Positions 39,501-58,355 of a stretch of 64,000 bases of DNA are shown one piece after another. Positions within the stretch are counted from its first letter, which is position 1; each line of letters begins with the position of its first letter. This DNA comes from Lingula anatina. Taxonomy: Eukaryota > Animalia > Brachiopoda. The stretch is from contig CM120641.1 of assembly GCA_051362555.1 (NCBI GenBank), forward strand, positions 35,470,401 through 35,534,400, read 5' to 3'. Below the pieces are notes generated by a model. It was not told where the DNA came from, ran no database searches, and saw only the letters and a program-made list of their open reading frames with translations. The translations under genes were made by a program, and so were the position numbers.

Positions 39501-42361
39501 ACTAGTACCAATCTTTTTTTTTTTAATTTGGAAACTACACCTTATCATAATCAAATGGAAAATATGGCCAATCTTAACTCACTGTAAAGCATGGCATCTT
39601 GCGTAACAGCTCATCCATGCTCTCATACGCATCTGTTTGCCTGAGCGAGTGCAAGGACAACATGTTCCGGGCTTCCTCTATGCGACCTTGGAGGACGTAG
39701 CAGTAGACCTAGAGTGAAAGAAATGGTTGCACAGATTAATAAGCAAGGAACAAGTTATCCAGGTTTTATACTTTTACTGAAGAAAAATCTCTCAACTTGA
39801 GTCAGTTTATCCCCCTCAACAAACACACAGAAACGCATTTAGCATAAGCTGCATAACATCACTTAAAGTAAGAAAACTTTCATCATTTGAGTTCCAATCA
39901 CCCTCCTTCTACACACACTGTATATTCTATAATATGTTTAACTCACGGCCTCCCAGTATTCTGGGTTCTCTTCAGGTGTGTCTTCTCTAAGTACATCTCT
40001 AGCTTTTTTCTCCCCTTCATTGAAGTGCCACTTCAACCAGTCAAGCAATTTGACTAGTAAAATACCACCTGAAGATAATGCAAAATATGTCATACTAACA
40101 AAGCACTAATAACCACAACATGGGTAGGTAATATATTGAAATAGTCCAGACTTCAAATCTTTTTTCCCTTAATTCTCTCTTCCTAAACCTCTAAAATTCT
40201 GATATACAGTCAAAACAGCCACTGATTTTCACAGGTTGCCTATGACACGTCCCAAGATCATCATTATAATCCTTAATGTAAAAGCAGATTTGAAATATAA
40301 ATATTTTTTTAAAAAAGTATGAAATATAATGCCATTAGCAGAATGATGCTCAATACATCTTACAAGTGGTCTCAATGTTTCTTTCTATTTTAAAAAAAAG
40401 CAAATGATTCTTTAACTGGCCCAAGCTAATATCATTTTATTTATTTGCATTAGTTTTTCCTAAAACTTTTCAAATTAGTATCTTTACCAGGCAGGGTCTC
40501 TATGAACAGGATTTCACACAGACTCCAGATGAGTTCTATCATTTGGAAAAGCTCCATTTGACTGTGGTAGTATTTCTTCACTTCTTCCTCCATTACAGAA
40601 TCTAGGAAATTTTAAAATATTTTTATTATCACTAATGGCTTTTTGATTACAGAAATAGGAAACTAAAGGAGAGTGTTTTTTTTTTTTTTTGCATATATAA
40701 AACAATATTACTTCTATTCTCACTTAAGGAGGGAATCTTTAATCAGACCTAATGCACATAATATAATTGCAATATTCAAAGTAACCACAAAAATGGTCTA
40801 AATGTTTAAGTAGTGGACCACAAGACGCACCTGGTACACACAGTAGCTTTACCCCACCTTACTCCATGAGAAACACCCAATAACTGACTAGTTACTCACC
40901 TCTTGCAGCGATTAAATCCATTATGCAAGCTTTGAGCACAGATCTGTAGTTCCGACTGAATTTTACAAGCCTAGGAATAAAATGAAAACATCAAGAATAC
41001 AGAAACATTAAATTGTAAAAATAGAAAATAAAAGAGTAGGTCAGAAGTCTGGCTATAATACAGAGGAGACTATTACTATCTAGTGCCATTTCCCATACAC
41101 ACTTACTGTGGCTTTCTTCCTGTCCCCTCTATACCATGTTCATGGCTTTGAAGCATTAAGAATATATCTGGAAAAAAGACAATCATATACCACTGTTTCA
41201 TATATTTTGTCTTCATCTTCATAGATTCAAAACTTGGGCTCAAACAACACTGCTGATATATAGTAGCATTTTTTTCCAAAACTTTCTTAAGGTTTTAATT
41301 TTCAATGATGAAAATATAGACACTTCTGACTTTCAAATAAAATGTTAATTTCATTCATTGAGTTTGGAAAAGAAATATATGTGAATGTACAGTGAAATGG
41401 TTTAGAAAACTTCTTATACTCACTGTTTGACTCATTGACCAGTTTTCTAGTGTACACATCATGCATGTCTGTGTTCCATCTCACATCATGGACATATGCT
41501 GCCTCAGCACCTTCGCCACTAACTTCATCTGAAATATAACATGCAACTTAAATCAATGAAATAGGCAAAGCTGAAGATTTAAAAAGAACTTTTTTACTTC
41601 GACCATTTTAACAGATAAATGCCATTTCTGTTGCCAAAAAGAATCTAATTTATCGCCTCCTAACTAACCTTGCAACCTGCCTGGTCATCATTTTACAGTT
41701 TACATATGCAAATCTGTTTTTCATGCAAATGCACAAAAAGTGAATGTGTAAGAAATCATAGAAACTACTGCATGAAACTTCCAAGCTATGGCTTTCCTGG
41801 GAAAAGGGCCACACAGTAAATGTCTTTCATTGTATTTTGATCATTAGGACATACCTTCAGCAGATGTTGGCGTTCCAGCAAAAACAAACAGCTGATTCCC
41901 TACGCCCCAGGTGAATTTCATACCATGTCTACAGGCACTCCCTGGCACCAGCTAAAAAGTAACAAACTCATTTAATAAAATACGAGTGAAGATTTAAAAA
42001 AAGCAATCGACTCACGTACAGATTCGAACACATATGCGTTTTATATTGTCTTTTGAATGCAATTTTAAAGTATACTGACTTGAATTCAGTTAAAATGAAC
42101 TTTTATTAACACGTAGTTGTACCAGTCCAATTTAACTATTTTGTAAAACTACATGTAGTACACAAATGAATCACACATGGTAGTTTTACAATTTATATTT
42201 GTTATCTGGCATTAATTTATCTTTGAATTACAAGCAAGACATCAAACAGAAAGGTTAGGTATAGTATCAAAGCGAATGGTATGTTTTCCTTTCCTACTTT
42301 CAACCACAACAATGCTTTTACTAACCAACACTTTCGGATCACTCTCCCGCTCGCTTGCCAT
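33557..42361 (-). CDS. NUP85: Nuclear pore complex protein Nup85, about 20 exons
   Basis: Spliced peptides match Nup85: [112 protein letters not shown] and [15 protein letters not shown]. First exon is 42326-42361 and last is 33557-33658. Confidence 0.93.
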
Positions 42362-42422
42362 TTTCATTAGTAATCTTTCAGGTCTTCTTGCCACAAAAGA
42401 TCGTATCATGTGACTGATTAAA
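42362..42422. promoter_or_regulatory. Very short divergent intergenic region between NUP85 and CRYM
   Basis: There are 61 bp between the opposed ATGs. E-box TCATGTGAC lies at 42406-42414 and YY1-like AAAATGGC overlaps both start codons. Confidence 0.7.
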
Positions 42423-46214
<3,792 letters not shown>

Positions 46215-46924
46215 AGACACAAGCCAAGCCATCAAATAGAAAATGTGGAGTAAACACATTATCATCACAAGATATACATAAAATAGCAAAGTGATATTTC
46301 AGTGAGGATGAAAATAATAATCATGATAATATAATATTAGCAAAAGTAACAATAATGATAACAATATAACAGCAGGGCCCAATGCTGACTCATGTTTATT
46401 AAATATATGGCACTAGTTTGGGATGCTAAAGGGATAACAACTCTTCATACGAGATCTATAGTACACAATAAATACATTGTAAACAACTTACAGAAATATA
46501 ATCTTATTTTATCTCAAAAAGGGCAGTTATAGCAATTAATCTGAAATCTGTGCTTGTCATTGGACCACGTGACCACCACATGGCTATACTCTGTAACAAT
46601 TTCTTCAGAGTATTACAAAAAAAAAAAAAAAAATTGTGAGAAAAAAAACGGACTAACTTTGTACGTAAAGGATTCATTAACCATCGGCAAGTATGGAATA
46701 TTGCCATTTATCCCAGGAAAAGTCATATTTTGGCCAAAATGAACAGTTGTTATCCTCTTAACATTGCTAATTCAAATATACTCTGAATGAAATGATGAAC
46801 ATAATTACAAGATTTTAATAAAAAATAAATAAATAAATAAATAAATAAATAAACCGAAGGAACAATAATATACTCTGATATTCATCATTTGTTGGTTGCT
46901 ACTATTTCTTATCATGAGAATCGC

Positions 46925-47650
46925 CCGGAAGGAGTCACAGTCAGTGGTGTCAGGATAAACAATCTCCGCTTTGCCAGTGATACGGTTCTTCTAGCTACGT
47001 TGAGTGAGAATCTCCAAAATCTTTTTGAAAATCTCTTTGCTGCAATTGCCTCCAGCGCAAAGCTTGGATTATAGGTCGACTGCAAGAAAACAAAAACCAT
47101 GGTGGTTTCAAAATCAAAGGCCACACCACTTTGCAGATTGCTTCACGGGAACACTCCCATCGACCAGGTCTCCTCATTCGACTATCTCGGGGCCCTTGTG
47201 ACATCCAACACCTGTTACAAGACAGAAATCCAAAGAAGAATTAGTCAAGCAAAATGCCTTCACCCTTCTCAGCCAATCTTAAAGGATCGTTGGCTGTCCT
47301 TTAAGATAAAGATCCTCCTCATTCAAAACCTGTCTGGTCTCGTCTTCTGTATGGCTGCGAGTCTTGGAATTTGACAGCAGAAACACAGCGCAACATTGAA
47401 GCAGCTGAAATGTAGTTCTACAGGCGAATGATCCGAATCTCGTACATTGATCATGTTACCAATAAAGATGTCCTTACATGGTTTGATCAGAAAAGACAAC
47501 TCCTCAATACTGTCAGAGATAGACAACTGAAAATCTTGGGTCATTCCCTCAGAAAAGAGGGATTGGAGAATCTTAGCCATAGTGGTAGAATGCCCGAGGC
47601 AGACAACAAAAGACCTTCCTTGACAATTCTGAATTACCAACAAGACACCT
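46925..47650 (+). mobile_element. 5'-truncated, decayed non-LTR retrotransposon (RTE clade), RT C-terminal part
   Basis: INNLRFASDTVLLA (decayed RFADD), KTKTMVV, FDYLGALVT, EIQRRISQAK, YGCESW, RRMIRISYIDHVTN and RQLKILGH, spread across frameshifts and stops. Confidence 0.9.
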
Positions 47651-48688
47651 TTGGTCATGGGCGGGGAAACGGAAACCTTTGGCGAAATATTCTACTTCCA
47701 CTAGATAGATATAAACTGTTATTAATGAGCGCTGAAATTTTAAGACTTTATGCCAAGTTGTTGGTATACCTGAATTATTGTTAAAAAGTTGAAATATACA
47801 ATTTTTGTAAATATATGTAATCCGATGTTCACATTTAATTTACAAAAAAGCAATCTTCAATTCTTCTGTTAGCGATGTATTTGACTTATGATTGAGAACG
47901 TAAATAAACACCTATGTTACAAAATGACATGAAGCAAATGGCCGTAAATCTGCCAATTTCTAACAATCAAAACTCTTTGGCGACTCCTTTATCTTTGTCA
48001 AACATGTAACTCGTTAGCTGCCAGTACCACTTTAAACACCCGGTTGGTAATGCAGGTCCTGGGCAGCCTCTAATAAAGTAGCCTCCATCTCTCCGAACCT
48101 CCAGTTTTAAACATAAATGGTCATAGAGGCGAATCGTGGACGCGAAAGTTACCGAATTTTGATATTTTACCCTTGTAATGAATATGCCGACTTTGCCTTA
48201 TTAATTAATGTAATGAAAACGCTGTTTTATAACACACCATTTTCCAGATAATTTAAGAGATTCCCCTCAGCCAGAAAAAATTAAGTGTTTTTGTGGATTT
48301 TTTCTGGCAATATGACATTTTCACTCACTTTTATTTAATGTATAATTTCTGTGTATTCAGCAAATGCTTTTCACACAGCATTTATAATTATCTGTGAAAT
48401 AATTTTGCGTATGAACAAGTCCTAAGCGTATTCTAATTTCATCAAAATCTAATTGATGTTTTTAATGCACGCATTTTATGTTCGGAGACATTGTTACCTA
48501 TGTACGTTGGCTTTGCTGCCGCACTCTCTATGCTACAGACTGATCATGAAGAGTTGGTCATAAAATATAGTTCGTACATTGCTCGAGGACGTTCACAAAG
48601 GTCGCTTACGACAGTTTGTTTTATATATATACCGGTACTGTACTAGTACCTGTTATTGTTTAAGAGGGGTTTACATTTAATTTCCAAT

Positions 48689-51600
48689 ATGTATGCATCG
48701 CTCCACGCCCTGTGGATTGTTATACTACTGTTGCAAGTTGTACACGGTAAGTTTTGGACGTTGTACATGGTAAAGTTTGACAACAATAAGTAGTTTATAC
48801 ATGGGGAAAACTCTAGTCACGTTTAAAATTATATCAAGTGTTCACCATTTGTATGAGGCAAATTTCAGTCCTATGCGTGTGGCTGTGAATCTAAGGAAGT
48901 GTGAATCTTGTCAACAGTAAGTTGTGCGAAACTTTCAACATGCAAAATGGGACAGTGCGTTGTAAAATGTTCGTTCATTTGAGGTTATGTTTAGCTTTCA
49001 ACTTAAAATGGCTGTGGAATGGCACTGAACGTATGTTTATATTTTAATTTGCGTCCTAAATGTCCTAAATGTAACGTTCAAGTAACGCTGAAAAAGCGAT
49101 CCGTATTTCTTTCTATACAGTGTAGATAATGATTTATGAAGGTCCGTATGTCTATTTCAATTTATTCTCGATTTTCCCATGAAACCGGCGTAGCTACCGA
49201 ATGAAACAAAACTGGGGCAGAAAGACTAGATATCTGATAAACAGGCCTTCCATAAGTGTCGTGACTTAGCACATAAAACTGCTTATAAAGCGCGCAAACG
49301 TATGCAACGCAGCAATGCCAGTTGAGTGTTATCTTGTTTGACTAGAAATGAGCAGCATAGTAATGTATAGGCCTAGCTAAACCTACGGCCTAGATGCCAT
49401 GGTGGAACGGCGTTTCTCTACTTAACTGCTGGAAATGCATCACACCTCCAGGGCAAAGCGGAGGGACATATTACTATGTATAAAAAATTACAGGAATGCA
49501 TAACAGCCAGCCAGCCAGACAGACAGACAGACAGACAGACGGACGGCTGACTGACAGACCCAACCACTGGTCCATTTTCTGTGCCGATTGTGTCTTGTAT
49601 CATTTAGGCCTCCATGGGCAAAATACTAAAAATTTTACATATCAGGCCTATTGATAGTCGCATAAGATACCGGTATGTAGCAGATGTATGGGGCATATTC
49701 AGCGACATTAATACCTATTCGCACTGGCAATTTCGTCCGCGGTTCACGCTTAACCGCGGCTTTATCGGGGTTTACTGGACCGCGGTTTACTTGTTAGTGC
49801 AAATAGGATCATTTGTTAAAAAGAAAAAGAAAAATACGCTCTGGTTATCAATAATACACCAAACAGCTGTCGCCAGGTATGTCTGTTAATCACTGTTTCT
49901 GATCTTAAATGTAAGTATTAATGTTACAGGAACTGTGAAGCCCTGGATGTCACCGTTACGAGATTGTGTCATGGATACGTCACTACTAGTTGTGACATCA
50001 GCCGTGGATGAGAATTTAACACTATCATTTACAAGTGACGAATGCTACAAGGTATGGTGGAACATTACCTGTTTCATTGATTAGGTTTTTTCTTCAATAT
50101 AAGGAGTTAACAAAGTGGAGTTAAATTATTTTGATGTTACAACGCATTAGGCCTATTTTTTATTCCACACGTTTATCTAAAATTTTTTAAAAAGCGCACG
50201 TAAAATACAAAAAAAAAAAAAAAAGCCGCGAGTAGTTTAATTCATGTTTTGCTTTTTTCAGAGGGTGCCGTAATTTGTGCGTCCTGCGACATTTACATGA
50301 CATAATATTGTTGTGTTTCAGTGCCCCTTTCAGTATGTTAGTGACGATAAAACATCTGTCATAATACCGCCAAAAAGCAACTCTAGTTTTCAAGTGAGCA
50401 CCCACTTCCCAGTGACTTTGAAACTGGAGACGTCTGCCTTGCGCAACGTGTGCACGTGCGTGATTTAAAAGTGTCTTTTTTCGTGTTTTTGTCCTTTTTT
50501 TTGTCGGGCTGGTTGAGGAGGTGGTAGGGTTTGCTTTTGAAAAGGGGAGGCGGGCTTGTGCGTAGGAGTTCTTTTGATTAGTATAAATTGGCTAGCGTTG
50601 TAAGCTATATACTATGAATAGTGTAAAAAGACGAATGTATGTGATGGTTGCTCTTAGGTAATTAGCCAGTGATGGAATATTATATGTGATTCTTTTCTCT
50701 ATGTCAATCCATGCAAACTCTATTCAATTTTAAAGCCTACACAACAATTTTATACAATAAATAATTTTACGCATTGAGTTTAACCGCGTACTCCTTTTCA
50801 GTCAATACTTCAAGTACGCAGAATGCGGTGTATATACTTTAAATGTTGTCTCCCTGTCACCCGACAACTTGACTGCAGGGACCTGTGAGCTACAAATAAA
50901 TGCAGAAGGTCAAAACAGTGAAATTCGTAAGTGTTTAACAAATATATGCTTAGTGTGAACTTTGACGATTTAAACTATTGTTTTTTCTATACACTTCTTT
51001 TTTCAAATATTATAGTAAAGATACATCAGAAATAGCAAGTCTCAAGCCTCTAAACTGGATAAATATTTTAATACCTGAAATTATATTGTCCTTCCGGGTG
51101 TTCCTTCTTCAGATGGTAATGGAAGACTATAATTTCGGATTTTTATCCGTGGTTCAAATCAGGAAACGGTCACATCATTTACCTTTAATTGTTTAATGCA
51201 AAAGACAACGTGTTGATAATAGGAATGATCTGTTCTCTGTTCTAGCCATCTACATTGCATTGGCCGTTCTGGTAGGACTTGCAGTATTGTGGATAGTCCT
51301 GAAACTTTTGATTTACAGGTAGGTGGATGTCAGTGTGCGCTTTTAAATAACTGCTTTTTTCTTCCTTTTTTTTCGTAGTGGAGAAGGAAGGGTTAAAAAT
51401 TTCGATCGGCGCGTCTGCATGTTAAACAATGTAGACATTTGTTGACCAGTTTTGTTACTGAAAATTGAAGACTTAATTATATTTTATCTCTCGAATTACA
51501 TTTTGAAATAACTTTGAATTTCAGAAAATGTGTTCGCCCCTTTATAAGAAAAACAATACTGAGAAAAAGGGAGGTGAGCGTATTCTGTTAAAGATTTCTT

Positions 51601-54600
51601 TTAAAACGTTCCTTGAATATGAAACTAACAATAAGCATTGGGCATTGTAGTTGTAACATGTATCCTGTTAAACAAAACTTTACACAATCCGTGATCTATT
51701 TTATGAGCACATACAACAATCCTTCATATTCAAATAATAAGACAAGTTTTCAAATTTAATGTTAAATATTTGATATTAATTTATATATATTGATGTATGT
51801 CATATAAACACATCTTTCAGGTGTCGGATCTGATAGAAGGTAAAAGCGCCGCCCAAAAGACCAGATTGATCTCTCTTGATACCTTTAGGGGGTAAGCGTC
51901 CACGGTAGGGGGATGTAGGGAGGTAGCATTCTGCACCCCCCTTTTCCAAACTACCTCTTCCCAATGAAAAAAAGAAAAAAACTCTTTAATCTCTGGGACC
52001 CGTATACTTAATATGGTTCAAACTGAACAGTTTAAACTTATTTTAATTTCATTCTCACATTCTCCCAAACCAGAACGTAAAGCACTCACCGCAATGAAAG
52101 GATTCGTTGGCCACAAAAGTGAGAAAAATCGTGAACAAACTGTTTAGTCTGTTTCAGTACAAAGTTGCGTCTTCCGATATATTAGGCGACGGTAGAACAA
52201 TGCAATGTCGCTTAATTGCCTAACCCGTAAAATTTGCCAAATACGAACGACAACACCCATAACATGCATAAGGCTAAAAGATATAATACATACCACGCCA
52301 ATACATAAAAATAAGTTGTATTATTCCGAAGTCAATTTTTCTGTCGACTTACGCACCTATGAAACAGAAGTATTAATCTCATATCAACGTGGAATGACGG
52401 TGTTTACTTTTCCAGTAATTGCAAAAATTGGGATTATACGTTAGACTTCTGAAAGTGTTAGATATGCTATACTAATTATGTGTTTTGCGCTCCAGTTCCG
52501 ATCTCTTGTATTGTAATAAATTGACGGAAACACTTGATGATAATCCTGCGTAGTAATACATAGCTTTTTTAAAAAGCATTCTCGGTAAAATACAAAGCAA
52601 ACGCAGAATTAGAACAACGGTTAAATCTAAAATTGACTTCGATCTGTAAACACATAGATACATCATTGTTAGTGTAAAATGACTATAAACTATCAAAAGT
52701 TATTCTTATTTTTTTTTTCAGAATATCTATCACACTGATGATATTTGTGAACTTTGGAGCCGGAAAATATTGGTTTTTGGAACATGCTATATGGCACGGG
52801 TTGAATTTTGCTGATCTCGTCTTTCCATGGTAAATAAATAACTTTGTAATTATCTTAATTCTATTATAGCTAGCTTTGATGTTATGATATAGTGCACAAA
52901 TGTAAATATAGTTAAGCCCATGTGTCGTGAAGATGCCCATGTTTCATTGTTTAGCGTTGGTGGTAAAGTAGATACAATGTTGCAGTGTGTGAGGTGATAT
53001 GTTAGTTGATGCAGCAGAGAGTAGCCTATTCTGCTATTTCGTGTTTGAAAAAGCTACTGAAAGCAAGGATTTTCATTTTAGTGAATGTACATAGATATAA
53101 TAAATGAATATAGAATCATATTACATGCATTAGTGTAATACTTAACCTGTTTTTGTCAGTGTCATTTTTATTTATTTACCTGTTAATGTTAGTGTAATTG
53201 AAAGGCAGTGTAGAGCAAGATTAGCTTGATGTTTAAATGTAACCGCACATATTAGTCACATATGAAGATGGAGTTACCCTCGTATGTTTATTATTCCCTA
53301 AGGTTTGTATTTATCATGGGAACGGCAATGGCACTGACATTTCACTCCCTCAAGAAAAAAGAAGTTTCTTATGTTAAGCAGTTGAAGAAAATTGTCACCA
53401 GAAGCATAACTTTGTTCTTCTTGGGAATCGTTGGAAACACATGGTGGGCAGGTAAGAATTACATATGAGTAGTCAAGAACTTATTTTCAAAAGTTTCACC
53501 TGATATTCTTCAATTTGTGAATCGTGATGAGAGATTGTGTGACTTTTGTTTAAAACTTCTAATATCTTGTTGTAATCTCTGATGTAAAACACATGGCATA
53601 CTTGTTTAATGGGATTATGTTTTACCATGCATAAACTTTGAACAGTATTTCATTTATATTGATTTTTACTGTAGTGACCAGAGTTGAAAATATTCGCATC
53701 CCTGGTGTGCTGCAGAGGTTTGCAGCCACTTACCTGGTAGTGGGTTTGGTTGACATGTTCTTCTCCAGAGTAAGTGCTGGTTCATTGGCGATGAGTGTTA
53801 TAACGCAATATTAGGAAATCTGAAAGTTACATGTATATAACTTTATAGGATAAAGCTGTTTATATTGCACAAATGCAGGGTTTTGTGGTTTGTACTCGAA
53901 GACACGGCAGGCTAAATGTCGCCAGTCATTTAGAAATAAATTATTTAATTAGAAATTGTATAAGACATTAAATCCAAGTGCAGGGATGGATCAGCAATTA
54001 TTTATGAGTAAGATGATTTTTTTTTTTGAAAAATTCAATTTGGCATAAATCTGGGATAGGATTACTTTAACTCATGAATAGGGAAGAAATGTTCATTGAC
54101 AAATATGAATAAGATTTACATGGCTAATTGTTCTGTGCTTTGAAGGAGAAGATACTGTCACTGGTTGAAAACTAAAAAATTAAATAAAAAATATCAGAAC
54201 CTGTAACTGGACATCAAAGATGTAGGATGTGTATTCAGTACTTAACAGCAAATTTATGTAATCTATTCTCTATATTGTTTTCCATTCGTTGTGAAAATAT
54301 TTTCATGATATGTTTGTAGAAATTGGATCACAAAAGTGAAAATAAAGAGAAGCAGACTGGTAAAGATGAGGTAAGAATTAGTTCACATTTTGAAGATGAT
54401 GTAAATCAAAAATTATTTAGAAGTGATGTGTTGATTTGTACTAGTTATTTTTCATGTGTTTACTAGATTTCATATTATGGGCTGCAATGTACCATCTTTT
54501 TTCCTAGACAGTAAACATAACCATAAGGATGATATTTTATGAATTCCAAACCAAAAGTGGTGAGCATCAGAGCCCTTCCTCAGTCTCTCCCCTCCCCCAA

Positions 54601-57600
54601 AAAACAAATGTTTATCAAGCTTCCTACAGAACAATCCATATTTCATATTCTTCATTGAGTATTAAATGCTTGAAGGGAAAATGAGTGAATGTCCTTCTAC
54701 CCAACCTCCTTCACTGACAATCTGGACCTGCAGCTACTTAAGTAATGTATTAATATAGGGAGACTGTCTTTGGTATAATAATTGTACCGGTATTTTACTT
54801 GAAATAATCTCATGATCATTGCACCACAGTGAAAACCATTATCATTTGTAAGAAGTCCAACTTAGACTTGTATTTTCTTTCTAGAATGGTTCCTCTCATG
54901 AGCTTAATGAGATAGAGACATCATCAAGCAGCAATGTCAAAGTAGAACTAGGATCCAACATCATGTTGGATCCTTCAGTAGAGGAAAGGAGAGCAAAAAG
55001 GGTGATAATATTTTATTGTTATTTTAAACCCTTAATAGGGCTTATAACCTGTTTGATATTTTTAAACCATCAATTAACAAAGAAATGAATAATGGGTACA
55101 TTAATAATATAATATAAGATATTAAAAATTAATGATAAAAGAAATATTTTAATGAAGTCTTAATGAAGCTTTTTGTATAATTTTTCTAGCAGCCATGTTG
55201 GTACCACATCACCGAGCTGGTGTTATATTGGCCAGAGTGGATAATCTGCCTGGCATTCATTGCCTTGCATCTGGGAATAACACTGGGAGTTAAGGTGCCA
55301 GATTCAGACTGTCCAATGTATGTATGTATGTATGTATGTATGTATGTATGTATCTTTGTATGTATGTATGTATGTATGTGTGCTATCACACCTAACACAT
55401 CAATAGCACAATCAATACAATGATTCCTTTGAAAACTCACAAAGAAGACTGCTATAATTAGTCTCTTGTGCACATTGTTATACGTAACAAAACAATTCAT
55501 CACAAAGCCAAGTGGACCTACTGCATGTTGTTACACCAACAGGTGTATGTATACAAAAAACATTATATCCTACCATCACAGCTAACACAATCCTTTATTG
55601 CACCACACACTTTCCAATCTTTTCATTTACAACCCATGGACCTGATACATAGTATCACTTCTAAACATCTTGTGCTTTGTAGAAGTAGAATTAAAGCTTT
55701 TTTCGTTGTTTAATGAAATCATTTAAGATTGTATCAGCCACCAATAACTCGGATCTAATGTGGTATATGAAACAGGTACTGCAGTACACACTTTTATAGG
55801 CATGCAGTTAAACTTTGTCCTTCATATAGAAAAAAAAATCTGAAAATTTCAAAATGCTTGCTTCCTTAATCACCAAGGAATACAATATCTGAAACTGTTC
55901 ACAAAATCACAATGATCCATCTGGAAAATTTGTTAAGATATTTTAATATAATATTTTTTTACAGTTTTAATAAAATAAAAATAAAATCATTGAAATTACC
56001 TGACTGTATCATTATTATCATTTTCTTCTTCTTTTTTTTTTTGCAATATAAAGATCTAATGCACATTGAATGACTTATAAGTAAATCTGGTAAAAGTCGG
56101 CATTTATTTCAGAGGCTACCAGGGTCCTGGGGGCCTTGCTGAGGGTGGGAAGTATTACAACTGTACAGGAGGAATTGCAGGATATATAGACAGGTGGATT
56201 CTTGGAGCGGAGCGTATATATAACTGGCCCACATGTAAGGTATGTACAGGTTCATCATTAGTTGGTATACAGTACCCTAGCAGCCATATGTGGTAAAATT
56301 TGGAGCATTCTGATGTTCTGATGTAATGGCTTGGTAGTCCATTTTAGAGGGTAGGGAATACCAATTGCTTTCCATGTGATTAGCCTTATTTTTCGAGTAT
56401 GATGCATTATTTTAGCCCAATATTCTGCATGAAACGTGATTCTTGGTGATTGGTGATTGACCTGAACGTATCTTGGTAATTGGTGCTTAAGGGGGGGGGG
56501 GTATTCCCTACCCTCATTTTGATTTGGACAACCCCTCCTTCCCAACCCACATTGACTTAGGTATGCTTAGTGAAAGCAACACTCTTGTTTGATCCCACTT
56601 ATCCTTTGATTGGAATCAATGAATATTTTTTCAGTATATCATTATGTGTACATTACTGAAGCTTCCCTTACTCTAAATACTTTTTTAATTCCTCTTCTAT
56701 ATTATTTCTTACTGGGTACAGGAGATGTATAAAACCATCCTGCCATTTGACCCAGAGGGAATTCTAGGGACGGCCACTTCTGTTGTTATCTGCTTCCTTG
56801 GACTTCATGTAAGAATATGTATATAACACACTGACATTTATTTGATCAGTACTGTTCACACGTTGACAACTATTGAAAAAATATAGTCCCAGCATGTACT
56901 GGATATACTGTCAAAAAAAAAAAAATCATTCGTAACTTTTAAATAATGATTGGCTTATTATAACTGATGCAAAAGTATTTTTTCAAAAAAACTTGCTCAA
57001 TCACTTTGCAGGCTGGCAAAGTGCTTCTTGTTTACAAATCCCACATGGAACGTGTAGCTCACTGGATTGTTGGTGCGCTGATAACGGTAATGTCCATTCC
57101 AACTAACACAATGGCATGAACCACACTCACAAACAAATCACAATAGCAAAATCAAACCTTACTTCTAAATTTGTCACTCTTTCCCTCTTAGCACATATCC
57201 GCAAAACTAAAATAGCCCCAACTTATCTATATCAATCCTTGATATTCAGATCTGTTTATTACAGGGAGGACTTGCACTGCTTTTATGTAAAGGCTCTAAA
57301 AATGAAGGCTGGGTCCCCATCAACAAGAATCTGTGGTGAAGTTTTCAGTTTCATTAATTCTTATCTCATCTTTTGTGCTTTTGACACACTTCAATGAAAG
57401 ACATATCTATATTGGCATAGAGTGCCATAATAAGCATCGAATGTAATTAAAATCCTTTTAAAATGTTTTTCACTGTTGAGTCTAAAACTGTAGTAAGCCT
57501 GTGACTGATAGTAGATATATGATTACAAGATATTTAGCATTAAAATTGTTAAGGACGGATAACCATTCAATATCTTGTCAATGCAAATCTGTTTGCAACT

Positions 57601-58355
57601 CCTTTCGAATTCACAACAGATGCCCCCAAGGAACATTTGAGGTACCCCACAATATAAGACACATTAAATGCTCAAAAACACTATTTTTTTAAATAAAGAT
57701 GATTCCATTTCATATGCAACATTTGATCACACCTCCTAGGTCAGTATCTTATGTGCTGGCACTGGCAGCAATGGCATACCTACTTCTGGCTGCGTGTTAT
57801 ATACTTATTGATATGTTCCACATCTGGACTGGGGCTCCCTTCTTCTATCCTGGTAAAGTCTGCATTACACCATTTCTATAAAAGTTTTCTCTGTTTCATT
57901 TATCAATGAATATCAATGAATGTTACAATAAGAAATAAAATTATGTGACATTATTCATGAAGCCAGTCTCAGTTTTCTCCTTAAAAACATTTCTCGCTAC
58001 AATACCAATGCCGATTCTACAGAAATAAAAACATGATGGAAGTTTTGTTGGAATCAAATAACTTACTAATGAAATTGAACTTGTGAAAGCTACTTTGTTT
58101 TATTGTAATTAACCAAATTCATAGCATCTTTTAATTTAAAAATTACTTTTGTTCTTTTCAAATGACTTTTGATTCCCAGGTATGAATGCCATAGTTCTGT
58201 ATGTGGGCCACTCGGCTTTTTCTCGGAGCTTCCCCATTCGCTTTGAGATTCCCGAGAACCACGGTGCCCGTCTCGCCCTGGACCTCTGGAGTGCTGCGTT
58301 CTGGGTCCTTGTCGCTTTCTACATGCACAGGAGGGGTGTGTTCATCAAGATTTGA
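48689..58355 (+). CDS. HGSNAT: Heparan-alpha-glucosaminide N-acetyltransferase-like, about 18 exons
   Basis: Signal-peptide exon at 48689-48746. Spliced motifs include [97 protein letters not shown] and [12 protein letters not shown]. Stop TGA at 58353-58355. Confidence 0.92.
55318..55379 (+). repeat. (GTAT)n microsatellite starting at a splice donor
   Basis: The exon ends CCA AT|gtatgtatgtatg... Confidence 0.9.

Noticed and set aside
48122-48532. CATAGAG...CTCTATG as P-element-like termini
   Set aside because: Only 7 bp match, there is no target duplication, and there is no second copy in the window.
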